A DNA stretch of 37,399 bases from an uncultured archaeon (GCA_964366355.1 CAYITO010000003.1:1-37399); one strand, 5' to 3'. Positions 24,616-33,253 are shown, counted from the stretch's first letter. Notes: a model not told the origin generated them from the sequence alone. A program made the numbers and translations.

Positions 24616-26478
24616 CTAGTTCATCCTACTTTTGAAATAATCTCTAGTCTCCTTGTCAACAAAATAAACGTAGCATCCTTTCATCCCACGGGTCATAAGA
24701 GTTCTGTAAGTGTTTTTTATTATTGCATCCGCTTTTTTATCTGCACCCTTTGGATGCTCTTTAAAGTCCTTCTTATATCCATGCAAAGATTTGTCTGTTT
24801 TTGCACGTTTATTCGGAGAAGTCACTATTTTTCCATTTCTTACTACTAAGTCTGGACCTATGATCACACCAACATAATCGACTTCAAGACCTTGACAAGT
24901 ATGAATACATCCTACTTCACTTACAGATTTCGGTGAAATTATCCAAACGTTTCCATCACTTGCGAGATTCCATCTCATCTCAAAGTCATATTCTGGAATT
25001 ATAATATCTTTTAGATTCTTATTCTTCTTACTAATCCAGTCCCAACAATACCCTGCGACTAGTCGAGCTTTATTATTGATTTCATTTTTCTTGAAAATTA
25101 AATCTCGTAAGTCGTTAGGCGATTCAATAATTGTGAAATCATATTTTATTCCTTCCAATGTCGTATTTGCCGTTTCTCTTATTTGGAGTGTGTTATCGAG
25201 CCATGCCAAATACCCATCTGAGCCATTACAACGAAATTGTGATTCTAGCTTTAGAGTCTGAACTTTTGCACCAATTTTATCAGCCCATTTCTCAATTTCT
25301 TCTTTTTCACCAATATCATCCCAGGTAACTTTTTGGTTTTCATCAATGAAAAATATCGAAGACTTTGATGCTTCAATTATTTCCTTTATCTGGTTTTCTC
25401 CTATATTCTTGAACATACCTGATTTTTCATTAAGTCTATGTGCTTCGTCTACTATAAGAGAATCAAAAGTATTAGTTTTACAATTTACAAAAGAGCCTGA
25501 GCTAGTAAACATGTTTGAAAACTGGGTTTTTCTAAGCGTACCAGTGAGTTTGCTTTCAAAGACTGCTCTAGGTGCAGAGTTTTTCGTAACATATCGGGTA
25601 TTTAATCCGAGTTTAGTAATTGCAACAAGCAAATTAATTGCTATTACTGATTTTCCAGTCCCGGGTCCTCCTTCTACAATTAAAACATTTTTATTGGTAT
25701 TACTAGATCTTTTTGCTAAAGCTAATGCAGTTTCATAGACTATTTTTTGATCGTCAATTAGAACAAACTCTTGATTTCCTTTAAGCATAGACGACAGACT
25801 ATCAGCAAGGTCTTTTGAAGGTCTTATTTCGCTGTTTTCAATTCTATAAAGAGTATTTCTCTTATCTCCAAATTTTACGTATTTAGCAATAAATTCTTGC
25901 AACTTTGATTTTTCACCTTTGCAGAAAACTGGTGCCTTTTGTAAATAATCGAAATAGAAAGTATTTCTAATGACATTGTTTTCAACATAATTGTGCAAAT
26001 ATGCACATGGTTCTAAACCTATTTTTCCTTCGTATACAATTACATTGAATCCTTGAAGTAGAGTTGAATAAGACCATGCTTGATATGATGGATGAAGTGC
26101 CTCGCTTGGTCCACGTTTAAAGTGAGTTAGAACCATTGCATCTTTTTCTGTGAGTTGAATGTCGGTCCATTGTTTTAGTTCGATAATTATAACTTTTTCT
26201 TGATGGTTTTCATCTTCTCCTGTAACGATAAAATCGATTCTGTTTTTTGTTCTTGCAATGGAATATTCAATAGCCACACCCGAATCGTCAGGTATCATAT
26301 TTGTATTCATTACATGATACATTGCATTACCAATAGAATTTGCCCAAGATTCATATTCAGAACTCCCAGGTTTCAAGTCTATATTTAATTTTTCTTTTAC
26401 ATATTCTCTAATTTTGTCTTCTATTCCGTTGGAAGCATCTTCTAGAAAACCAGTTTTTGTTGCTTTATAAACTATCAT
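24616..26478 (-). CDS. DUF2075-type P-loop helicase-like ATPase with N-terminal PD-(D/E)xK-like nuclease module
   Basis: Walker A: VLIVEGGPGTGKSVIAINLL. Walker B: SLIVDEAHRL. SF1 motif-VI-like CIHTCQGLEVDYVGVIIG. DUF2075-type tail YRTLMTRGMKGCYVYFVD. N-terminal D...E-x-K in RIDFIVTGEDENHQEKVIIIELKQW. I place the start at ATG 26478-26476 (MIVYKATK), 1 nt after the upstream stop; the track start is 26511. Confidence 0.8.
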   Translation of the reverse strand: MIVYKATKTGFLEDASNGIEDKIREYVKEKLNIDLKPGSSEYESWANSIGNAMYHVMNTNMIPDDSGVAIEYSIARTKNRIDFIVTGEDENHQEKVIIIELKQWTDIQLTEKDAMVLTHFKRGPSEALHPSYQAWSYSTLLQGFNVIVYEGKIGLEPCAYLHNYVENNVIRNTFYFDYLQKAPVFCKGEKSKLQEFIAKYVKFGDKRNTLYRIENSEIRPSKDLADSLSSMLKGNQEFVLIDDQKIVYETALALAKRSSNTNKNVLIVEGGPGTGKSVIAINLLVAITKLGLNTRYVTKNSAPRAVFESKLTGTLRKTQFSNMFTSSGSFVNCKTNTFDSLIVDEAHRLNEKSGMFKNIGENQIKEIIEASKSSIFFIDENQKVTWDDIGEKEEIEKWADKIGAKVQTLKLESQFRCNGSDGYLAWLDNTLQIRETANTTLEGIKYDFTIIESPNDLRDLIFKKNEINNKARLVAGYCWDWISKKNKNLKDIIIPEYDFEMRWNLASDGNVWIISPKSVSEVGCIHTCQGLEVDYVGVIIGPDLVVRNGKIVTSPNKRAKTDKSLHGYKKDFKEHPKGADKKADAIIKNTYRTLMTRGMKGCYVYFVDKETRDYFKSRMN

Positions 26479-26479
26479 T

Positions 26480-26842
26480 TTAAATCCCATTATACTTTTT
26501 GTTTGACCCACGTGTTTTACTAGCAGGATATTTTAAGTCGTTTTTCTTCATTTTTTTCTCAAATTCTATTGATAAGTCTATGTTATTCATTTGAGCCAAC
26601 CTCAATAGGAAATACAAAATATCTGCCATTTCTTCTGATATCTCCATTTTTTTATCAGGCTTTTCAAGCATTTCTTTAATTTGGTCCTGTGATTTGAACC
26701 TGAAATGTTCCAATAATTCAGATGATTCTGTTATTATGCCTATGGCCAAGTCCTTCGCATTGTGATACTGGTTCCAATCACGGTCTTCACAGAATTTCTT
26801 TACAGCATCCTTTAGTTCTTGTATAGTAGTTTGGGAGTCCAT
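26480..26842 (-). CDS. All-alpha NTP pyrophosphohydrolase, MazG / DCTPP1 (RS21-C6)-like
   Basis: 120 aa. FCEDRDWNQYHNAKDLAIGIITESSELLEHFRFKS follows the DCTPP1/MazG-like pattern F-x2-eRdW-x-qfH-x-p-x-nL...E-x-gEL-x-E-x-FqWk. Second metal-binding helix: EEMADILYFLLRLA. Confidence 0.75.
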   Translation of the reverse strand: MDSQTTIQELKDAVKKFCEDRDWNQYHNAKDLAIGIITESSELLEHFRFKSQDQIKEMLEKPDKKMEISEEMADILYFLLRLAQMNNIDLSIEFEKKMKKNDLKYPASKTRGSNKKYNGI

Positions 26843-26892
26843 ATTTCAAGTATAGTTCTTAACTTTAAATTATTTCAGAATCAGATATAAAA

Positions 26893-27105
26893 ATGACCCA
26901 AATGGCAGGCGAATTCAAGAGAGACTACCTCCCTATAAACTCCATCAGCCTTCTGGGAAGCTGCGAGACAAAATTCCTACAATCAGCTTTAGGGGAGCTG
27001 GAAGTCACTCCAGTGATGCAGATAGGCAAGGAAAAGCACGCAGAACTGACAGAAGGCCTGCCCACAATCTCAATGAAGGAAACCATAAAAGAAAACGGGA
27101 CTTAA
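26893..27105 (+). CDS. Short GC-rich ORF, possibly a gene fragment; function unknown
   Basis: 70 aa, ~50% GC. LLGSCETKFLQSALGE...QIGKEKHAEL is faintly reminiscent of Cas4/RecB-type PD-(D/E)xK N-termini but is far too short to be a complete domain. Confidence 0.3.
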   Translation: MTQMAGEFKRDYLPINSISLLGSCETKFLQSALGELEVTPVMQIGKEKHAELTEGLPTISMKETIKENGT

Positions 27106-27302
27106 GTTCTGTATATTTGCGAGCCGAAGTTGAATTAAAATCTTGAATTTAGATAGTTATCCTGTTTGTCCAGTTATTTTATGCTTTTCGCTTTTTGCAA
27201 ATCAGCATCAGAATATCTCTTATGCCAACTAAATTTTTGAATATCTCCTTCCCAATGCAGAAAACCCTATACCACCCTTTCCAGAAATTCATTTTATAGC
27301 TT

Positions 27303-27527
27303 TTGGTGGGCTTTATGCGACAAAAGGGGCGATTAAAATTAACCGAAGGGGACAAGGAGTTCGTAAAAGACCTGTCTCGGAAGATTATTCTCAGAACCTA
27401 CGTAATGAATTCTGCCAGCAGACCGAGAACATTGCTGGGCAAGCTGAAAAGCCTCTTCTTTAAGAAATCCTACAAAGCACCTGTGTTGGATATATTGGAT
27501 GCTGTGGTAAAGCATCAGGGGAAGTGA
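27303..27527 (+). CDS. Hypothetical small basic protein
   Basis: 74 aa with a TTG start (ATG at codon 5). No recognisable motif. Confidence 0.3.
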   Translation: MVGFMRQKGRLKLTEGDKEFVKDLSRKIILRTYVMNSASRPRTLLGKLKSLFFKKSYKAPVLDILDAVVKHQGK

Positions 27528-27540
27528 TACTCTTGGGGTT

Positions 27541-27816
27541 ATGTTCTGTCCATTATGTGCGACTGCAATGAACTATGACGGATTTGAAGACATGTACAGA
27601 TGTGCCAAGACCGACTTTCACCCAAAGAGGAAGGTGGCGATTGTTGCTGGCGTGACTAAGTTCCAAGGCAGTGTCCTCCGGGAGAATGAGGACATCCACA
27701 AGTCGTTGGTGCTGGTCATACTTAAAGAATCCAGCAGGGGAAGCCATGACGTGATCAGAAGTTCCGAGGTGACGGTACGCACAAGGGTGGTTGATTTGAA
27801 GCTTGATACCGTTTAG
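27541..27816 (+). CDS. Hypothetical small protein with N-terminal CxxC...C zinc-ribbon-like motif
   Basis: 91 aa. A sampled 60-nt line is 53% GC. MFCPLCATAMNYDGFEDMYRC. Confidence 0.35.
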   Translation: MFCPLCATAMNYDGFEDMYRCAKTDFHPKRKVAIVAGVTKFQGSVLRENEDIHKSLVLVILKESSRGSHDVIRSSEVTVRTRVVDLKLDTV

Positions 27817-28245
27817 GAGCCCTGAAGAGAATACTTCTTTTAAATAGTTTTGTTATACCTTGGCTTTGTGGAAATAGTTCCTTATCAGGGAGTGAAAATT
27901 AAACAGAAAAACTAGTTTCAGCAAAATTTCCAACAGTTACGCCGATGGCTAATGTAGTCTGGAAGGCAGTGAAATTCCATGCTGCAGCAATTTACGTAAA
28001 GCGATTTATTTGGAACAGATAATTTTGCCATTTTATCAAATTTCTTATTTTTATCAAGTTCGTTAAATTCCAGATTCTTCAGAGCATTAGTTGTGATTGT
28101 GGGAAAGGGGCATTCCATAGAAATTACTTGATTTTGGATAAAAATAAGGTTTTCAGCGTATTTTAGATTAAGTGAAAAGCTGGCAAATTCGATTAATCTT
28201 TAAATATCAGGAAAACTACATAAAATTATAAATTTCGTGTATGTG

Positions 28246-28476
28246 TCACACGGTTACAGGACTAGCATAGACTATCGTATCGCCACGTACCAGAAGAGTC
28301 CCGAGTTTCAGCTTGTTTTCGCCGTTCTTCTTCACTTCAGCTTCGTCAATCCAAAGATTCAGATGCAAGTCGAGAGCCTTCAAAATGCCAGTGACCTCCT
28401 CGCCGTTCTTCAGTTTTATGATTATCTTCTTGCCTTTGGCTCTGTCTAGCGCGTCTATCGGCCTGTCTGTCATCAA
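28246..28476 (-). CDS. Sm-like archaeal protein (SmAP/LSm)
   Basis: 76 aa. Sm1 motif KIIIKLKNGEEVTGILKALDLHLNLWIDEAE and Sm2 motif LGTLLVRGDTIVYASP. Confidence 0.9.
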   Translation of the reverse strand: MMTDRPIDALDRAKGKKIIIKLKNGEEVTGILKALDLHLNLWIDEAEVKKNGENKLKLGTLLVRGDTIVYASPVTV

Positions 28477-28566
28477 TTCACTTCAGTTTATATTAGAGTA
28501 TGGTATTTAAGTGTTTTTTAATTTTGGTTATAAGAATATAAATACGGGCGGGAGTAACAATTTACT

Positions 28567-28947
28567 ATGGCTGTATGGCATGGGGAACGCGGAAGGACAC
28601 CGACAGGCGGAAAGATAGTTTCTACTCGGAAGAAAAGGAAGTATGAGCTGGGTTCTTTGCCGTTGCTCACAAAATTGGGAAGCGAAAAGCGAATCACAGT
28701 TATGGGGAAAGGCGGAAATAGCAAGGTCAAGGCAGCAAATGCGGAATTTGTCAATGTTGTTGATAAGAAGAGCAATATTGTGAAAAAAGTTAAAATTCTG
28801 GGCATTTTGGAAAATCCAGCCAACCTGCACTATGTTAGAAGGAACATTATTACAAAAGGAACTGTGGTAAATACCGAGATGGGAAAGGCAAAAATTACAT
28901 CGCGCCCGAGTCAGCACGGCGTGGTTAGCGGAATCTTAGTCGAATAA
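28567..28947 (+). CDS. rps8e: Ribosomal protein eS8 (S8e)
   Basis: 126 aa. GERGRTPTGGKIVSTRKKRKYELG...ENPANLHYVRRNIITKG...AKITSRPSQHGVVSGILVE. TATA-like aagaatataaatac lies ~25 nt upstream. Confidence 0.9.
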   Translation: MAVWHGERGRTPTGGKIVSTRKKRKYELGSLPLLTKLGSEKRITVMGKGGNSKVKAANAEFVNVVDKKSNIVKKVKILGILENPANLHYVRRNIITKGTVVNTEMGKAKITSRPSQHGVVSGILVE

Positions 28948-28989
28948 ATAATTTGAAGGCCATCTCAATGATCTTCCCAAGTAATTGTT

Positions 28990-29745
28990 ATGATTGACAT
29001 TCATTGCCACTTGACATTTCCTGGATTGGACGAGATCAAAGATACAGTAATCCTAGAATCTAAAAAATCCATGCGTGCAGTCATAAATTGTGGCTTGACA
29101 GGTTTTTATGAAAAAACTTTAGATGTTCAAAAAAAATACGAAGGTTTTATTTTTACATCACTTGGAATACATCCGGATGATATAGTAAAAATGACAGATA
29201 AGGAAATAGAAAAAAATCTTGAATTCATACAAAGTCATACCGATGATGTTGTTGCATTGGGAGAAATAGGGTTGGATTATTATTGGGTGACTGTTCGCAA
29301 GCAAAATGAGCGATGCAAAGAAGTTTTTGTTAAATGCTTGGATATTGCCAAAGACGAAAACCTGCCGGTAATTTTGCATAGCAGAAGAGCTGAGGAAGAT
29401 GTGTTCAACATCATCAAGGAGAATGGGATCAAGCGCGCGGTGTTCCATCATTTCTCTGGAAACATGACGTTAGCCAAGCAGATAATAGAAAGCGGCTATT
29501 ATATTTCAATACCGACTATCATAAAAACTTCCAAAAATTTAAAGAAGATAGGAAAAACTTTTCCTTTGGATAGACTTATGACAGAAACAGATTCTCCATT
29601 CAACTCACCAACTAAGGATAAGACGAATTATCCTTATAATGTGAAATTGACTTTGATGGAAATTGCAGGATTAAGGAACGAGTCATTTGAAACTGTTGAT
29701 GTTGCTACAACTGATAATGCTTTGAAATTTTTTGATTTAATTTAA
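28990..29745 (+). CDS. TatD-family metal-dependent hydrolase
   Basis: 251 aa. MIDIHCHLTF, GEIGLDYYW, PVILHSRRAEED, VFHHFSG, ETDSPF. Confidence 0.9.
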   Translation: MIDIHCHLTFPGLDEIKDTVILESKKSMRAVINCGLTGFYEKTLDVQKKYEGFIFTSLGIHPDDIVKMTDKEIEKNLEFIQSHTDDVVALGEIGLDYYWVTVRKQNERCKEVFVKCLDIAKDENLPVILHSRRAEEDVFNIIKENGIKRAVFHHFSGNMTLAKQIIESGYYISIPTIIKTSKNLKKIGKTFPLDRLMTETDSPFNSPTKDKTNYPYNVKLTLMEIAGLRNESFETVDVATTDNALKFFDLI

Positions 29746-30758
29746 GTTACAGTTAATACTTCCCAGTCACTTTCACCAGGATCATACGTATCACCATCAT
29801 TGTTCGTGTCAATGCAAGCCCAATAGTAATAAGTTCCTGCAATATTAGGTGCAGCTAGTGTACTTGTACAAAATGAAGGAGATAGACAATCAAACAAGAA
29901 CTTTCCTGAGCATAACTCCCCTAAAGATGACCCGCTTTCGAAAATATTAACTTTATTATTACAATTGAATAACCCAGAAGCAGCCCAAGTTACTACATCA
30001 TTAGGTGAGACTGATGTAGGATTGAAGGAGAATATTAAGTTACCGGAACATTCTTGTGCCGTAGCAATCGGCGTTTGACCAGCTCGTTGTGCCTGTTCTA
30101 GTGCTCGCTGTTGTACTATTCCTGAACTCGTTAAAACTGTCTGTTGTATCCATACAAAACCAATAAAGGCTATAACTATTGCTATAATTATCCAAATCAT
30201 TACAGAAAGTCCAAGAGATAATGCTGCACGAAAAGTAGTAAGATTATGGACTTGTTTAGGGACTACAATGTTAAAATAGGTTAATAGAATACTTAAGACT
30301 GTAATCAAAAAATACAGTGGTATTAAAGCGATAATTGAAAATAAACTTCCGTATAATATCGCACCAACACCCGTATTGAGCAAAGCTATCAGAACTACAA
30401 AAACAAATGTAGGCCATATAATCAATGTATACACTCCAACCTGGCTACCGAAACTTCCAGTGCCACCGAAAAGTTTAGCGGAAATCCAAATTATCAAATT
30501 GCCCAACAAACCAAGAATTAACCCACCAATTACTACAATTACAGGAATGAGAATAATCGGCGGGATTGGAAAAGCTCCAATAATCAATGGACCGAATTGC
30601 GGATATAAGGGTAAGATAAATTGAACTACAACTCCCCCTATAATTCCAATGACAAGCAAGAAAATTCCCAATCTTTTAAGCCCGCTCTTAAGTGTTTCTT
30701 TATCTTTTTTCTCAAGAATAGTTTGATCCATCCGTGTAAAGATATCAAATATACCCAT
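29742..30758 (-). CDS. Multi-pass membrane protein (Yip1-like paralog of 4681..5334) with ~130-aa Cys-containing extracytoplasmic C-terminal domain
   Basis: 338 aa. The first ~205 aa are collinear with 4681..5334. The tail reads ECSGNLIFSFNPTSVSPNDVVTWAASGLFNCNN...YYYWACIDTNNDGDTYDPGESDWEVLTVT. Confidence 0.75.
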   Translation of the reverse strand: MGIFDIFTRMDQTILEKKDKETLKSGLKRLGIFLLVIGIIGGVVVQFILPLYPQFGPLIIGAFPIPPIILIPVIVVIGGLILGLLGNLIIWISAKLFGGTGSFGSQVGVYTLIIWPTFVFVVLIALLNTGVGAILYGSLFSIIALIPLYFLITVLSILLTYFNIVVPKQVHNLTTFRAALSLGLSVMIWIIIAIVIAFIGFVWIQQTVLTSSGIVQQRALEQAQRAGQTPIATAQECSGNLIFSFNPTSVSPNDVVTWAASGLFNCNNKVNIFESGSSLGELCSGKFLFDCLSPSFCTSTLAAPNIAGTYYYWACIDTNNDGDTYDPGESDWEVLTVT

Positions 30759-30771
30759 TATTTCACTTAAT

Positions 30772-33177
30772 TTAAGTTTCTATTTTATACCTTAAAAAGG
30801 CTCCTATACCACCCAACTCTTTGAATTGCTTTCCTTCAGCAGTATCTGTAGATATTATTTCAACCTTTGCCCCACTACTAACAGCTTTTTCCGAAACTGC
30901 ATCAACAAGCTCTTCCTGAGACTGGACTTCAAACTTTTTGCCGCAAGTTTCGCAAACCTGATTTCCTATGGCATTTTTGGGCAATTCCTTTTCAACATAA
31001 TGTCCATTTTGGCATCTCAGATTTACTTTGACCCAATCAAAAGCTTCTGAAACGAGCAATATATCAACTGCATTCAAATCCAAAGCTTTCATCGTTTCTG
31101 TATATCCATAAGAAACATTCCCCCCCTTCTGCAATTCCGTTAAAAACTTCTGCATCAAATCCCTTTCTTTCATTATTGCCGCCTTTTCCAGCAAATCTTC
31201 CGAACGTTTTACCAATTCCTCCAATCCATATTCGTCCGTATAACCAACATCCTTGATCCCCAAAATTTTATTTTTCAGCTGATAGTTCAAATAATCCTTT
31301 TCTGCAAATCTGTCCTTAACCGGACCTGGACCCCCAACAATAATTCCCTTCAAATTTTCTTCCTGAAGTAGGGTTTGGGAAGCTGTCTCGCCAACCTTTG
31401 TTAAAAATGCGTTTATAGCATCCTCTCTCAATCTATCATATCGACCTTGAGAATTATGAACAATTAGGCCATTGGCAACGAAAGTATTGGTGCCCGGAAC
31501 GTGCAAATCATAGAATTCTCCAATAGAATTTAACTCTTTCTTTTCCTTAAGAACAGTAGTTATAGTGTTGGATTTATGGATATTTTCCAAAAGTCTCAAA
31601 GTGTCTTTATTTTTCAATTTTCTTCTAATTTCTTTTAAAAAACGTCCAAAAGGAGGATAACCAATATTTCTTTTACCAGCTAGGAACATTCCATATTTCT
31701 TGAAATGCTCTTTCTTAAAACCTTCTTTCTCCAATAATTTTCTCAAAAATCTACCAGATATAGGAACTCTCGTAGACTTCCCACTTCTATATGACTTTAA
31801 TATCGATATTAGTTTTTTTTCCTTTTTTAGAGAAGAGAATCCTATGGCTTTCTTAAAACTTTGAATATACATTGGATTTGTTATGCGTAATTCATAGCGA
31901 TCAAACTTATCAGGACCTCTCATACTTGCAACTATCTCGAATCTAATCAAAAGCAATTGTAATTTTCGAATTATTTGTTCATTTGTCATTCTTAAGCCCA
32001 CTCCAGTTTTATCAACATATCCTTCGGCATCAAACAGACCTCTCAAAAATAATGCTAGTTTTCTTAATGGAAGCTTCAGTATCCTAGAATCTATATCCTT
32101 TAGCCTTCTATGTCGGCAAATTTTTCGAAAATCTGATAATAAGAAATCAACAAACGATTTTTTGTATAATCTCAGTTCATATGAGTTTCTTCTTTTACGG
32201 ATTATTGCTTCCTTGTCTATAAGCTTTTCTGCAATTTTTTTATAGACTTTCAGCAGTTGTATATCCTTATCGTAAAGTATAGTACTGTTTCCATCTATAG
32301 TACCATCTCCCGTCATATATCCTAAAAACTGTGCCAAACTTTTATCAATAAGCGGATCGTCACTATTGTTCGTTTCAAGATACGATGTTTGTAAAAGCAA
32401 GTCCCCAGGCCTTAGTTCCGCAACACTTTTTTCCTCTATGCCATTTATGCCTACTACAAAAACCTTATGCTCAGGCGTAACTACTATAGAGTTCGCGGGC
32501 TCCTGAAATGTTAATCTGTAAGATAATTTCGCCTTTCTTTTGAATAGTTCGAAAGAATTATTAAACACAGGCTTAAAATCTTTGAAAGAGTAGGATAATA
32601 TTTTTTTGTCGCTGGAAAGTTCTTTTATAGGTATGATATCACCACTTTCAAGCTGTAGTAGAGTGTTTTCATCCACACACATTCCTCCTTTAACTGTCTT
32701 GGATGGAACAGTAGATTCCAAATTCTTTAGTTGAATTATCCTCTTGCCTTTCAGCAATGCTATGTTTGCCTCGCGCGCATCCAATACAATCAATCCGTAA
32801 ACTTCCTTCTCCTTCACCATTTCCTCCAAGGGTTCTAGAACAAAGACCTGATCGCACCAATAAACCTTGGTTTCAAGTTTCTCGGCAGGTTCTAAGCTCC
32901 ATAATCTGATATCTTCCCTGCCTTCTACCGGCGATGCGTTCCCTGAAAAGACCACCAAACCATTTTTAGGCGTTGCCCTGAACAGTCTCAAGTGCTGAAT
33001 AATTTTATCCAATGCAGCAAGAACATTTTTCCTGGTACCTTTTGATTTTATGTTCGAAGCGGTTCCCTGCTCTTCCTTCAACTGACTTATTGAATCAATT
33101 AAGTTCCCGCCAGCAGGAACATAGACAGAAACAAGTTCGGTATGCTTCCCGCGGATGGATTTTAGTTCCTTTATCAA
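30772..33177 (-). CDS. prf1: Archaeal peptide chain release factor aRF1, interrupted by a 409-aa intein
   Basis: NIKS motif (TASNIKSKG). YxCxxxF motif (YWCDQVF). GGQ-loop context VPSKTVKGG-M|intein|SQGRYDRLR. C-terminal domain with a CxxxxH...CxxC mini-domain. Exteins are 166 + 226 = 392 aa. Confidence 0.9.
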   Translation of the reverse strand: MIKELKSIRGKHTELVSVYVPAGGNLIDSISQLKEEQGTASNIKSKGTRKNVLAALDKIIQHLRLFRATPKNGLVVFSGNASPVEGREDIRLWSLEPAEKLETKVYWCDQVFVLEPLEEMVKEKEVYGLIVLDAREANIALLKGKRIIQLKNLESTVPSKTVKGGMCVDENTLLQLESGDIIPIKELSSDKKILSYSFKDFKPVFNNSFELFKRKAKLSYRLTFQEPANSIVVTPEHKVFVVGINGIEEKSVAELRPGDLLLQTSYLETNNSDDPLIDKSLAQFLGYMTGDGTIDGNSTILYDKDIQLLKVYKKIAEKLIDKEAIIRKRRNSYELRLYKKSFVDFLLSDFRKICRHRRLKDIDSRILKLPLRKLALFLRGLFDAEGYVDKTGVGLRMTNEQIIRKLQLLLIRFEIVASMRGPDKFDRYELRITNPMYIQSFKKAIGFSSLKKEKKLISILKSYRSGKSTRVPISGRFLRKLLEKEGFKKEHFKKYGMFLAGKRNIGYPPFGRFLKEIRRKLKNKDTLRLLENIHKSNTITTVLKEKKELNSIGEFYDLHVPGTNTFVANGLIVHNSQGRYDRLREDAINAFLTKVGETASQTLLQEENLKGIIVGGPGPVKDRFAEKDYLNYQLKNKILGIKDVGYTDEYGLEELVKRSEDLLEKAAIMKERDLMQKFLTELQKGGNVSYGYTETMKALDLNAVDILLVSEAFDWVKVNLRCQNGHYVEKELPKNAIGNQVCETCGKKFEVQSQEELVDAVSEKAVSSGAKVEIISTDTAEGKQFKELGGIGAFLRYKIET
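31453..32679 (-). mobile_element. Intein with LAGLIDADG homing-endonuclease domain (aRF1 residues 167-575)
   Basis: Block A CVDENTLLQLESGDIIPIKEL. Block B VVTPEHKVFV. LAGLIDADG motifs LAQFLGYMTGDGTI and LALFLRGLFDAEGYV. Terminal FVANGLIVHN followed by +1 Ser. A sampled intein line is 27% GC, versus 42% for a sampled extein line. Confidence 0.9.
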
Positions 33178-33253
33178 TTTCTTTAGCTTTATAGCTTCCT
33201 CATCTTTAAATACAACACACCTTTTTTATTAACTTAAGTTTGATATTTAAATT

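Larger units (their letters stand above)
21322..28245. mobile_element. Putative degraded integrated element / accessory island between the L37e and Sm genes
   Basis: Integrase N-terminal remnant at the left edge. Two tRNA genes lie within 1.6 kb. GC-rich blocks (22.86-24.59 kb, 26.89-27.82 kb) alternate with AT-rich blocks. Contents are toxin/nuclease-type genes and gene fragments. Boundaries are approximate. Confidence 0.45.

Noticed and set aside
21413-27849. 13-nt inverted match (aactatttaaaag at 21413-21425; cttttaaatagtt at 27837-27849) as terminal inverted repeats of the island
   Set aside because: It is pure A/T-rich sequence resembling TATA-like promoter elements. My rough estimate is that a 13-mer match of this composition between the two border regions has a chance probability of several percent. 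It does not extend further.
27918-28118. 66-aa minus-strand ORF
   Set aside because: It has no motifs, an odd composition with clustered Cys near both ends, and lies in an AT-rich spacer. There is insufficient support to call it a gene.
28518-28917. 101-aa and 129-aa minus-strand ORFs
   Set aside because: They lie antisense to the unmistakable eS8 gene.
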